Positions 39,452-49,200 of a stretch of DNA of 64,000 nt are shown here, in pieces (position 1 is the stretch's first letter; every line of letters starts with the position of its first letter). The stretch is from the NCBI GenBank assembly GCA_964498295.1, contig CAZCGJ010000001.1:1669-65668 (forward strand), given 5' to 3'. The position numbers and the translations under genes were made by a program. Source of the DNA: Candidatus Woesearchaeota archaeon (GTDB lineage: Archaea > Nanobdellota > Nanobdellia > Pacearchaeales > GW2011-AR1). The notes beneath the pieces were generated by a model. That model made no database searches. It saw only the letters and a list, made by a program, of their open reading frames with translations, and had not been told where the DNA came from.

Positions 39452-40360
39452 ATGGCAGAAAAAGTCAATATTACATTCCTAGGAACGGGCTCAGCAGTAC
39501 CTACTAAAAGAAGAAACCACCCTGCCGTTTTACTTCAATATAAAGATGAGAATCTTTTATTTGACTGTGGCGAAGGGACTCAAAGACAATTTAGATACAC
39601 AAATCTTAACCCATGTAACTTAACAAGAATATTTATTTCACACTGGCACGGCGATCATGTATTTGGAATTCCAGGAATTCTGCAGACATTAGCACTAAAT
39701 AACTACACAGGAAAACTATATGTCTACGGGCCGAAAGGAACAAGAAAATTTATGGAACTTTATCAAGAATTATTCGTAAAAAAGGGAGTTTCATATGAGA
39801 TAGAAATCAAAGAATGTAATGACGGAACAATCTTAGATGAAAAAGAGTTTAAAGTTGATTGTATGCAAATGAACCATGATTGTCCTTGCTTAGCTTACTC
39901 ATTTACAATAAAAGAAAAATCGAGAATTGACAAAGATAAATTGAAAAAATTAAAACTACCTGAAAACTCGCCTTTAATTGGAGAGCTAGCAAAAGGAAAA
40001 ACTATATCTTTTGAAGGTAAAAAAATAGACGGTAAAAAATTAGTTTATACAGAAGAACAGAAAAAAATAACATATATCATTGATACACAAGCAAACCCTC
40101 AATCAATAGACTTAGCTAAAAATTCAGATATTTTAATTTGCGAGTCCACCTATGGTGAAGAAGAAAATGAAAAAGCAGAAGAATACAAACACATGACAAG
40201 CACACAAGCTGCTAAATTAGCAAAAGAATCTAAGTCCAAAAAACTAATTTTAATGCATCTTTCACAAAGATACGAAAATCCAAAACATATTCTAGAAGAA
40301 GCTAAAAAAGTCTTCAAAGAAACAAAAGTCGCAGAAGATTTAGACAAAGTTTCTATTTAA
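39452..40360 (+). CDS. rnz: Ribonuclease Z (tRNA 3' endonuclease, metallo-beta-lactamase fold)
   Basis: ITFLGTGSAVP...HWHGDH (HxHxDH) and a C-terminal MHLS motif. Confidence 0.85.
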   Translation: MAEKVNITFLGTGSAVPTKRRNHPAVLLQYKDENLLFDCGEGTQRQFRYTNLNPCNLTRIFISHWHGDHVFGIPGILQTLALNNYTGKLYVYGPKGTRKFMELYQELFVKKGVSYEIEIKECNDGTILDEKEFKVDCMQMNHDCPCLAYSFTIKEKSRIDKDKLKKLKLPENSPLIGELAKGKTISFEGKKIDGKKLVYTEEQKKITYIIDTQANPQSIDLAKNSDILICESTYGEEENEKAEEYKHMTSTQAAKLAKESKSKKLILMHLSQRYENPKHILEEAKKVFKETKVAEDLDKVSI

Positions 40361-40514
40361 AGAAAAGAAAAAAAGAAAAGAAAAAAAATAATATAGCAAA
40401 AGCTATTCAAATTTAAACTACACCTCATTTGCTCTATCGGACAAAGTCCAGACTAAGCAAAGTATTGCACAAGAATTATTTTGTGCTGTAGCAAAAACTA
40501 AATCAGCTAAATGC

Positions 40515-40754
40515 TTACTTCAAGTTTGATGGAGATATAAACACAATTGTGTCGCCTCTTAAGAAAGCTAAGCCGTAGCTCTTTAACATCTGGCCGTTTT
40601 CCATCTCTTTAGCATTGTCAATTACCACATTGATGTGGATGTCAAATGCCAAAAGAGTGCCGACTAGTTGTTTGCCGCTCTTAAGTTGCACTATAATCTC
40701 CTTACCCTTAGAACTATTTAACAAGTCCAAAGGTCGTTCGATTCCGTTAACCAT
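40515..40754 (-). CDS. Sm-like archaeal protein (SmAP/Lsm)
   Basis: Sm1/Sm2 motifs (VQLKSGKQLVGTLLAFDIHINVVI ... LRGDTIVFI). Confidence 0.8.
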   Translation of the reverse strand: MVNGIERPLDLLNSSKGKEIIVQLKSGKQLVGTLLAFDIHINVVIDNAKEMENGQMLKSYGLAFLRGDTIVFISPSNLK

Positions 40755-40836
40755 AATTGAGAGGATGAATTTTGGTTTTTAAAGATATCTATACTCTGAG
40801 CTGTAAAGTAAGAGGGTGTTATTTTGACTAAAAAAA

Positions 40837-40998
40837 TTAACTTTTCTTAATAGTTAGTTTTTTATCTTTAATTTCTGATTCCAAGTCTTGTCCTTCTTTC
40901 CATTCTAGTTCTTTAATTGTTTCAGGAGGTATAACAATAACCCACTTAGCATATTCTGTATTTCCTACTTTTCTAGAAAGTTGTTTTTGTAACTTCAT
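40837..40998 (-). CDS. Small (53 aa) AbrB/MazE-like (SpoVT swapped-hairpin) DNA-binding protein, not in the ORF track
   Basis: Hand translation MKLQKQLSRKVGNTEYAKWVIVIPPETIKELEWKEGQDLESEIKDKKLTIKKS follows the K.G.S..V.IP....L.....L....KL.I pattern of AbrB/MazE antitoxin-type domains. Confidence 0.45.
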   Translation of the reverse strand: MKLQKQLSRKVGNTEYAKWVIVIPPETIKELEWKEGQDLESEIKDKKLTIKKS

Positions 40999-41029
40999 AA
41001 GATGAGAAATATTTACTTCTATTTAAATC

Positions 41030-41961
41030 TTTAGGTACCCACTAATAAATAGTAACTTAGGTACCGAAAGATATATAAAGAATAGGTACCTAATTATATT
41101 ATGAAAGAAATAATTTGTCCGCATTGCAAAGAAAAAGAGATTAAGAAAGATGGAGTAAGAACAACAGAAAAAAGAGGGAAAATTCAAAGATACAAATGTA
41201 ACCTTTGCAATTATCGATTTGTCGTCGATGATGGCTTTTACAGAATGAGAAATAATGAAAGTATTATCACAATGTCAATCGACATGTATATTTCTAATTT
41301 GTCAAGTAGAAAAATGAGAAATCAATTAAGCAGACATTTAAACACAAAAATAAGTCATATGAGTATTCTTGATTGGGTAAGAAAATATACTTTAAAAGTT
41401 AGTAAATTTGTTGATAAATTAGGTTACAACATGGGAAATAGTTTCTATGCTGATGAAACCTTAATTGATTGTGGGGGAAGAGATGATAGATTTTGGTGTT
41501 GCATTGATTGGGATACTCGATTAATTACTGGAGTTCATTATAGTTTATCTGGTAATCCAATAGAAGCACAAAAATTCTTATTTAAGTCAATTCAAAAGGG
41601 AAAACCTAAATTCATCCAGACAGATGGTGGAGTTTTCTATCCTAAAGCATTTAGAAAACTCTTCTACTCTAATAAGATTGGTGGTTTAACAGTCGAGCAT
41701 AAGATACAAAATGCAAGTGTTACTAAAATACATAATTATAGAATAGAAACTGTTTTTATGAAGATTAAAGACAGAGTAGACGACTTTAGAGGATTGAAAG
41801 CATTATGGTCTGCCCCAATACTTATGAATGCTTTAATAATTCAACATAATTTCATAGAAGCTCATACAACCTTAGATGAAGTTCCATGCAATAGAGCAGG
41901 ACAAGAGTTAAACTTGGGAGAAAATAGATGGCTAGGATTAATTCATTTATCCAGTAGGTAA
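41030..41961 (+). mobile_element. IS-like element: DDE transposase gene preceded by three TAGGTACC direct repeats; clear terminal inverted repeats not found
   Basis: Single transposase ORF; motif TAGGTACC repeated at about 41030, 41059 and 41085, all within 70 nt upstream of the ATG. Confidence 0.4.
41101..41961 (+). CDS. DDE transposase with an N-terminal zinc ribbon (IS6- or IS1595-like)
   Basis: CPHC...CNLC zinc ribbon; DDE-type motifs ADETLIDC, CIDWDTRLITG, FIQTDGGVFY, NYRIETVFMKIKDR. Confidence 0.6.
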   Translation: MKEIICPHCKEKEIKKDGVRTTEKRGKIQRYKCNLCNYRFVVDDGFYRMRNNESIITMSIDMYISNLSSRKMRNQLSRHLNTKISHMSILDWVRKYTLKVSKFVDKLGYNMGNSFYADETLIDCGGRDDRFWCCIDWDTRLITGVHYSLSGNPIEAQKFLFKSIQKGKPKFIQTDGGVFYPKAFRKLFYSNKIGGLTVEHKIQNASVTKIHNYRIETVFMKIKDRVDDFRGLKALWSAPILMNALIIQHNFIEAHTTLDEVPCNRAGQELNLGENRWLGLIHLSSR

Positions 41962-42108
41962 TGCTGGAGGTTGAGGTATAGAACTTCCACCATTAGTAAT
42001 AGGAGAAGAATCTCCTGTTAACCAAAAGTAAACTCCGACTCCAACAGCTAAAAGGATTAAAATTATTACAATCCAAATCCATGCTGAGCCTCTTTTATTG
42101 TTTATCAT
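41947..42108 (-). CDS. Small (53 aa) pilin-like ORF not in the ORF track; overlaps the transposase 3' end by about 15 nt
   Basis: Hand translation MINNKRG|SAWIWIVIILILLAVGVGVYFWLTGDSSPITNGGSSIPQPPALPTG; 1-nt gap after the upstream secreted-protein gene. Confidence 0.5.
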   Translation of the reverse strand: MINNKRGSAWIWIVIILILLAVGVGVYFWLTGDSSPITNGGSSIPQPPALPTG

Positions 42109-42109
42109 T

Positions 42110-42727
42110 TTAATAAGGGATATTTGGAGGAGCTACGTTATTCCCACCATTTACTTTAAGATTACAATTACTTGAAACTTTAACAATCATCCCTCTACCC
42201 AAATCTTGTTCTTGATCTGCGAGGGTTCTCTCATCAACATCTGTATCGACTACTCCCCACCCTCTCTGATAACCTGCAATTTTTTCAACATTACAATTTC
42301 CCTTCCAATCTTTAACTTTTAATCTGAAAATATCTGAAGTAATTCCAACAAAATTCCAACCTGTAACCATCTTTCGATTATTAGCATAAGCCCATTCTTC
42401 TTCAACATTATATTCAATCCAACCACTTTTCTTTAGATAAACCCAAAAGGCACTATTTAATAGCTCTTCATCATCAACTTTTACTTCAGGATTGGGATAA
42501 ATTCTAGCATATTTATTTTCATTAGGCAAATATGCATAAACTGCAACAACGTCTTGGTTTGTAATTTCTCCACCAGTAATTAAGTCAGGAGTTACAAATC
42601 CTTGTAATAAATTCCAACCTTCATCAACGGAAACTTTATATTTTATATTAAAGTTGTCAGCTAATACAAATACTGCACCTGCTAAAATTATTACAAATGC
42701 AATTGGTAAAATGAATTTCTTATTCAT
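42110..42727 (-). CDS. Secreted hypothetical protein (205 aa)
   Basis: Signal-peptide-like MNKKFILPIAFVIILAGAVFVLA. Confidence 0.45.
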   Translation of the reverse strand: MNKKFILPIAFVIILAGAVFVLADNFNIKYKVSVDEGWNLLQGFVTPDLITGGEITNQDVVAVYAYLPNENKYARIYPNPEVKVDDEELLNSAFWVYLKKSGWIEYNVEEEWAYANNRKMVTGWNFVGITSDIFRLKVKDWKGNCNVEKIAGYQRGWGVVDTDVDERTLADQEQDLGRGMIVKVSSNCNLKVNGGNNVAPPNIPY

Positions 42728-42756
42728 GATAATAGATACAGTAAGAACTCATTTAA

Positions 42757-42774
42757 AAAGCTTTCGAAAGCTTT
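42757..42774. promoter_or_regulatory. Perfect 18-bp palindrome AAAGCTTTCGAAAGCTTT in a divergent promoter region; candidate operator
   Basis: The sequence equals its own reverse complement; lies between the 42727(-) operon and a small wHTH gene. Confidence 0.4.
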
Positions 42775-42825
42775 GGTACAAACCTTTGGATATTGTGCTA
42801 TAAAGGTTTTAGTCCAAATCTTTGT

Positions 42826-43029
42826 ATGAGTAAATACAAAGAAATGATTTTGTCTATTATTTCTAAAACAGAGATAAAAAGCACAAATGAAATTCTAGAA
42901 GATTTACAAAAGAAAGCAGACAAAGTAATAAATTGGCACGCCTTATATAGGGTTTTAATGGAACTTCAATCAGAAAATAAGGTTGAAAGATTAGAAAGCA
43001 AAGCAGGTTTCTTTTGGAAGAAAAAGTAA
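42826..43029 (+). CDS. Small winged-HTH-like protein (about 68 aa), a candidate local regulator
   Basis: ILSIISKTEIKSTNEILEDLQKK...WHALYRVLMELQSENKV resembles a compact wHTH; start moved to MSKYKE. Confidence 0.35.
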   Translation: MSKYKEMILSIISKTEIKSTNEILEDLQKKADKVINWHALYRVLMELQSENKVERLESKAGFFWKKK

Positions 43030-43128
43030 GCATTTAGCTCCCTTTAACTTTACAGCCCACTATACTCCTGAAAATAATAATGGCGAGAAATCATAACCTT
43101 TATAAAGCAATTTTTCTGAACTTAAACT

Positions 43129-43491
43129 ATGGTAAATCGTGGAAGAAAAATCTCTGGTGGAAAGTACCACAAGAAGATGAAGAAGAAGAAATATTCTCAA
43201 GTAGGACACGTACGAGTTGTAAAACTTGGTGAAAAGAAAACAAAGATCTTGAGAGGAATGGGCGGAACAACAAAAACAATTTCACTTTCTCAAAATTTTA
43301 TTAATGTTATTAAAAATGGTAAGGCAAAAAAAGTAAAAATCAAAAACGTAATTGAAACACCATCTAATCGTTTCTTAGCTAGACAGAATGTTCTTGTAAA
43401 AAGCGCTATTGTTGATACAGACTTAGGCAAAGCAAGAATCACAAACAGACCTTCACAAGAAGGAATTGTTCAAGGCGTCTTATTAGAGTAA
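43129..43491 (+). CDS. rps8e: Ribosomal protein eS8 (S8e)
   Basis: MVNRGRKISGGKYHKK... N-terminus and KAR-rich composition typical of S8e. Confidence 0.8.
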   Translation: MVNRGRKISGGKYHKKMKKKKYSQVGHVRVVKLGEKKTKILRGMGGTTKTISLSQNFINVIKNGKAKKVKIKNVIETPSNRFLARQNVLVKSAIVDTDLGKARITNRPSQEGIVQGVLLE

Positions 43492-43521
43492 ATTTAAATA
43501 TCCTCAAACTCTTATTTTATT

Positions 43522-43848
43522 ATGAATCTCATTGCATTAGCCCTTCTTGCAGCAGGCGGAGTCGTATTAACAGTTGGAGACCTATTCATGAAAGAATGGG
43601 TAACTACTAATAAATCTTGGATCTATATTGTGGGGATAATTATTTATATTATTGGATTAAATTTTTTAGCTTTTAGTTTCAAATATAAAAATATTGCAGT
43701 AGCTACAGTAATATTCGTATTAATTAATATTACAACCTTATTAATTTTTAGCTATTTTTACTTCCATGAAAAATTATCTGGCCTGGAAATCGCAGGCGTT
43801 CTTTTAGGAATAGCAGCAATAGTAATGCTAGAACTTGCAGATAAATAA
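43522..43848 (+). CDS. Small 4-TM membrane protein (SMR/EamA-half-like)
   Basis: Four hydrophobic helices in 108 aa. Confidence 0.4.
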   Translation: MNLIALALLAAGGVVLTVGDLFMKEWVTTNKSWIYIVGIIIYIIGLNFLAFSFKYKNIAVATVIFVLINITTLLIFSYFYFHEKLSGLEIAGVLLGIAAIVMLELADK

Positions 43849-44148
43849 CTACTCTTCACTAAAACTTGCAAAAAAAAGACCCAACCCAGTACGAATCTCT
43901 AGATACGTTCTAAAACCTTTCCAAACCTCTGAAAAATCCTCTGCATAACCACTTTTAATCCATTTATCCAGAACTAAGCGATAGAATTCTTTTTTATCTG
44001 AACCTTCATCAAGGGGAAATCTTTTTGAATATTCACCCATAACCCTAAATTGTACAGAATTTCTTTCAGAATCAGACAGAGGTCTTTCTGGAAAATTAAC
44101 CATCTTTCTACCTTCCTCACAAAGAGAAACTAAATCATTCTTATTCAT
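43849..44148 (-). CDS. Hypothetical protein (99 aa)
   Basis: ORF only. Confidence 0.3.
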   Translation of the reverse strand: MNKNDLVSLCEEGRKMVNFPERPLSDSERNSVQFRVMGEYSKRFPLDEGSDKKEFYRLVLDKWIKSGYAEDFSEVWKGFRTYLEIRTGLGLFFASFSEE

Positions 44149-44364
44149 CCAAAATAGAAAAAATTAGCCTACTAAAGCAAAACCAATATAAACAATATAA
44201 AATTAAAAAAGAATAAGGATCACTGTGAAAAATATATCTAAAAACTACACTATCTTTTTACTTAACTTTTTACATATAAAAAGAGAAACCCTAAATTTTA
44301 TCTCTTCGATAAAAACCGAAACCTTTAAAAAGGCAAATCCTTTAAAAACCTTACTATATCTAAG

Positions 44365-45339
44365 ATGGTCCAAGCTAAAAAATGTCCGGAGTGCGGTAGT
44401 TCTCATTTAATTTACGACGAAGCTAGAAGCGAAGTTATTTGCGGTGATTGCGGTTTATTAGTTGAAGAAAAAATGGTTGATACAACCCATGAACTTCGAG
44501 CTTTTGACAAATCAGAAAAGAAGTCAAGAGGCGGCGCACCGATTTCTATGCAAAAATTCGATAAAGGTTTAACAACAAATGTTGGTGAAATCTCAGATAT
44601 ATACAAATTAGATTCTGCTAACCAAACAAGAAAATACTTAAGATTAAAGAAATGGCAAGAGAGAGTATCTACTTCTATTGAAAGAAATTTAAGACTCGCA
44701 ATGGCAGAATTAAGAAGAGTTGCATCTTTCTTAGAATTACCTACTGTAGTAAAAGAAGAAGCAGCGAGAGTTTACAATTATGTTCTACAAAGAGGCCTTG
44801 TAAGAGGTCGTTCTATGGAATCTGTAATCGCCTCTTGTATCTACGCAGCATGCCGTTCTTACAACATCCCAAGAACATTAGATGAAATTTCTATTGCATC
44901 CGAAGTAGAAAGAAAAGAAATCGGAAGAACATACAGATTCATTATTAGAAGAATTGGAATCAAAGTAACACCTTCTTCTCCAAGAGATTATATCTCAAGA
45001 TTCGGTTCAACACTACACTTATCTCCAAAATCCCAAGGGGGCGCATTAGACATCTTAAAGAGAGCAGAAATATCAGAATTGACATCGGGAAGAGGCCCAG
45101 CCGGAATTGCAGCAGCAGCTCTTTACGTTTCAGCTTTATTAAATGACGAAAAGAAAACACAGAGAGAAGTAGCAGATGTAGCAGGAATAACTGAAGTTAC
45201 AATTAGAAATAGATACAAGGAATTATTAGATAGACTAGGACTGGAAGAAAAAATAAAACTTAAAGAAACAGAAAAAAATGAAAAGAAAGAAGAAAAACGA
45301 AGAGAAAAAAGAGAAGAGAAGAAAAAATTAGCAGAATAA
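44365..45339 (+). CDS. tfb: Transcription initiation factor TFB (TFIIB homologue)
   Basis: N-terminal Zn ribbon CPECGS...CGDCG, two cyclin-like repeats; Lys/Glu-rich C-terminal tail. Confidence 0.9.
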   Translation: MVQAKKCPECGSSHLIYDEARSEVICGDCGLLVEEKMVDTTHELRAFDKSEKKSRGGAPISMQKFDKGLTTNVGEISDIYKLDSANQTRKYLRLKKWQERVSTSIERNLRLAMAELRRVASFLELPTVVKEEAARVYNYVLQRGLVRGRSMESVIASCIYAACRSYNIPRTLDEISIASEVERKEIGRTYRFIIRRIGIKVTPSSPRDYISRFGSTLHLSPKSQGGALDILKRAEISELTSGRGPAGIAAAALYVSALLNDEKKTQREVADVAGITEVTIRNRYKELLDRLGLEEKIKLKETEKNEKKEEKRREKREEKKKLAE

Positions 45340-45340
45340 A

Positions 45341-46096
45341 ATGAAAGTTCTAATCGTACATCGAGACAAAAATTTCGATGAGAGTTCTATAAAACAAGAA
45401 TTTCCAAATCTCAAAATAGAAAAAGTCTGGAAAAATATTATTTCTAAAGATCATCTCAAAAGCAAAGATTTAGTGATTTCCATAGGAGGAGATGGGACTT
45501 TTCTTTCAGCATCTCATTATTTGGAAAACACACCCATTCTAGGAGTAAACTCTAATAAAAATAGAAGTGAAGGAGCTTTGACAACTATAGAAATTTCACA
45601 ATTAAACAATAAGATAAAACAAATATTAGAGAATAAAATAAAAATCAAAGAATATACTAGAGAAAAAGTTACTATTCATCATAAAGACCGAAAAATAGAG
45701 ACAGAAAGTGCACTGAATGAAACCTTTTTTGGAAATGTGAACCCGCACCACACCACCAACTATGAAATAGAATATAAAAATAAAAAAGAAAATCAGAAAA
45801 GTTCCGGAATTGTAATTTCTACTGGAACAGGTTCAACAGCCTGGTATCACTCTATGGGTGGATTCGCTTTTGGTAGAGAAAGAAAACAGCTGAGATTTAG
45901 AGTAAGAGAACTATATAAAAGAAAACTACATAAATCAAAAATCAAAAAAGGAAAAATAAAGCAAGATGAAAAATTAGTTATTATCTCTAAGATGAACCAT
46001 GCAATTATTGCAATTGACTCAATAAGAACCTATTCTATGTCAAAAGATGATAAAGTAGAAATTAAGATAGGCCGACCTCTTAAGGTAATTCAATAA
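45341..46096 (+). CDS. nadK: NAD+ kinase (PpnK-like)
   Basis: GGDGT motif (ISIGGDGTFL), NE motif (ALNETFFG) and ISTGTGSTAW. Confidence 0.75.
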   Translation: MKVLIVHRDKNFDESSIKQEFPNLKIEKVWKNIISKDHLKSKDLVISIGGDGTFLSASHYLENTPILGVNSNKNRSEGALTTIEISQLNNKIKQILENKIKIKEYTREKVTIHHKDRKIETESALNETFFGNVNPHHTTNYEIEYKNKKENQKSSGIVISTGTGSTAWYHSMGGFAFGRERKQLRFRVRELYKRKLHKSKIKKGKIKQDEKLVIISKMNHAIIAIDSIRTYSMSKDDKVEIKIGRPLKVIQ

Positions 46097-46102
46097 ACTA
46101 AA

Positions 46103-46185
46103 TGGGGAGAAGAGGACTCGAACCCCTGTAAGCGTAAGCTACGACGGCCTAAACGTCGCCCGTTTGACCACTCCGGCATCTCCCC
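46103..46185 (-). tRNA. tRNA-Leu (anticodon TAG), long variable arm
   Basis: Hand fold: acceptor GGGGAGA/TCTCCCC, anticodon stem CGACG/CGTCG with loop TTTAGGC (G37), long extra arm, T-arm AGGGG-TTCGAGT-CCTCT. Confidence 0.85.
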
Positions 46186-46232
46186 AAAGTGTAAATATCT
46201 CTAATTAAGACTACTTAAAAACATATCTATAA

Positions 46233-49200
46233 TCAACCATGTTCAACACAAGAAATTCCGCCGCCTTCAAAAGTACAAGAATAACCTTCATCCCCCAACT
46301 CGAAGGCTTGTCCTTCAGTTACACCAATACTTGTTTTAGCACCATCTTTGTATAACCAATAATTACTACCTTCCATTCTAATAGAATATCCAGTATTATC
46401 GCTGCCTCTTAAAATATTATAGTTTGATCCGTCATTTAAAACAGAAAAATCTCCACTCGTAGAACTAAAAGTAGACGCAGTGCTAGCCCCAGTACCGGAA
46501 GTTCCAGAATTAGAAGCAGTAGAAGCATCAGCAGTAGCTCCTGAATTTGAACTACAAGAAATATCTTTTCCATCAAAGGTACATCTGTATCCTGCAATAT
46601 TATAAAATGGAGATCCTAGAATAACTTTTCCAATACGAGTATCGTCTTTGTATAAATCATAACTATTCTTGAAAATCCTATATGCTGTAGAGCTGCCTTT
46701 GTTCATAATCCTGTAATAACTACCAATGTCTTTTAGAGTAATATCTCCAGAACTACTAGAATCATCTAAAACAGAAGAGTCTAAACTAGGAGCACTTGAT
46801 CTCTGGCTAGAAGCAGATTTCTCTCCCTCTGAATCTTTAATATTTAAAATAGTTTTAACAACTTTAATATATAATTGAACTCTAAGATACAAAGCTTCTG
46901 CCTTATTAGCATCCAATTTTGCATTAGTATAAGCATCTGTCGCCATTCCCAAAACAGGAGAAAGAGCATTATCGATGCTAGATACTCCGCCTTTAACAAT
47001 AGCAGGACTTAAAGTCAACTTAGCAATACTCTTTTTTAAATCAGATAATTTTTCACTAGTCTTTTTCATATCATCTGAAACAACTCTCTCGCTACTATTT
47101 GCAGCCAAATATTCTATAGCTTCTGAAATACTACCTACTTTCTGTAAAACCTTCTGTGCATTCTGTACAGACTTATTATCTAACCAACAGGTCAAATTTT
47201 TACTTCCACAATAACCTACACTTTGCCAATTCTTAGAGTCTTTTCCAACACCAGGATTTTGTGTTGCACATATTCTTGTAATTCCTAAAAGAGAAACATC
47301 TGGATTAATTGCATTGTCTACTCCTTCCTGTACATTTGGATTCAATAATGAATAAATTGAAGAAGTACCAGATATACATTCGTCTTCTGTTGTAATGCCT
47401 CTCGCATTACCTTGTTCTTGCACATATAAATCATTAATAACATCTACAGCAAAATCAGTAGAAACAGAATTAAATCCACATTCTTCCTGATCGTTTACAA
47501 CCAAACACATTTGTTTATATCCGGAAGGTGCAGTAAAATCTTTAGTCTCGCTAGCCTGTTCACCCTTAGTCAAATATCCAGAAATAATATGCACTTGTGC
47601 AGGCATACTATAATAACTCAACGAAGGAGGATCTTTCAAGTAAACAGTATACGATGCGCCAATATCAGTACCGGCATAAATATGATAAAATACTTTATAC
47701 TGTGAAGTAGCTGGAACAGTTGCAGTTGTATAAGGTATAGAAGAGAAAGTACCATAGAATTGTGCAGGAGATTCTGGTTTCAACATAGACTCTATAGCCT
47801 CTGCAGAAGTAGGAATAGAAGTTCCCAAGAAATTTCTACAATATGTAGAACCTATTTCCTCTACATTTCCAAATTTATATGCCGTGAAAGAAGTAGATGC
47901 ATAATTATTTTTGAAATAATCAATGCTGCTTTGCATATTATCCCATGATTGTTGGAATGTTGCATATTCTCCACCATTAGCCTGTCCACCCCACTTAGCA
48001 GTATAAGCTAATTCTGCAAGACTAGGAATTATATTTTTCATAAGTGGAGAAACCTGTCTCCAGAAAAATTCACATTTGTAAACAGCAGTTATTTCATCAC
48101 AAATTCCTACGTGTTTTCCTGATTTTGAATATTCCGATAAACATTTCTGTTGTGCTTTTAATATAGAAATATAACCTTCAATACCTGCATGGATACCTGT
48201 TAAACAGACAGGCATATAAACATCTCCTCCAAATCCTACAAAGTTCTTCAAACACAAAACCGCACTCCCTAAAATACCTGATTGAATTACATTAGGAACA
48301 GCAATTTTTCCTCCAAAATTACATCTAGAAGTAGGGCATATTACAGGATCACAAACATTATACATAAACTTACATTCTTCAGGGCTAAAGAAATCTTGAC
48401 AAACGAAATTATTAGAACTTGCACCCATCATACCTGGCTCTACTTCAACATTATCTCCTACATTAGGAATACTAAACTTTCTTACACCACTCTTATAATT
48501 AGAAGCCACATATCTAATAGCTGTCTTAGCTCGAGAAATTAAATTTCTAATCTCGCTTGCCTGTATGCTACAACCACTAAATCCTTCAAAATTATTGTTA
48601 TTAGTATTGAAACTCTGACAAATATCGTCATTCATTCTTTGGTCCTCTCTACCATTTGGACCTACATTACATAAATACATGAAAGTCACTTCACCAGCAT
48701 CAGTATAGCCAGAAATAGCCTTTCCAGTTGTAATTGTACTTACAACATTACTTGCAGCAGTTGTTACAGTATTTCCTTGAGTTGAAGGAATATAAACGTA
48801 CCAACCTTCTTTCAAGTCTACAGGAACATATGCAGGCATACCTTTATCGTTTGCAGATTCATAGAATCTAACAGTAGGATTTGTATAATTATTTACACAT
48901 TTAATATTAGAAGTCATGTCTACATCCCATCTAGCAGTATCTCTATTATTTGGCAAACCAGTCAAGTCTGTTTTCAATAGTACATTACTGACTTGCTTAT
49001 TACTCAAATCAAAAGTATATGTACTTGCAACAGAACTACCACTACCTAATATGAGCAAATACCAAACTCCGCCAGAATTAGTTGTTGCAACACTTCTACT
49101 GCCCTCTCCCTCAAATTCTTTAACGGCAGAACCGAAAACATTTTTCAAAGTAGCCTTATCAATAGCAACGGAAGAAACAACTTTAACTTTATTATTATCA

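Noticed and set aside
40361-40400. Purine-rich A/G low-complexity run (gaaaagaaaaaaagaaaag...) after rnz, considered as a repeat or CRISPR leader.
   Set aside because: Simple homopurine tract with no spacer-repeat periodicity. No CRISPR repeats anywhere in the window.
41962-42010. Searched for terminal inverted repeats of the IS downstream of the transposase stop.
   Set aside because: Only a 6-nt ACTAAT match to the upstream flank, not enough to define element ends.
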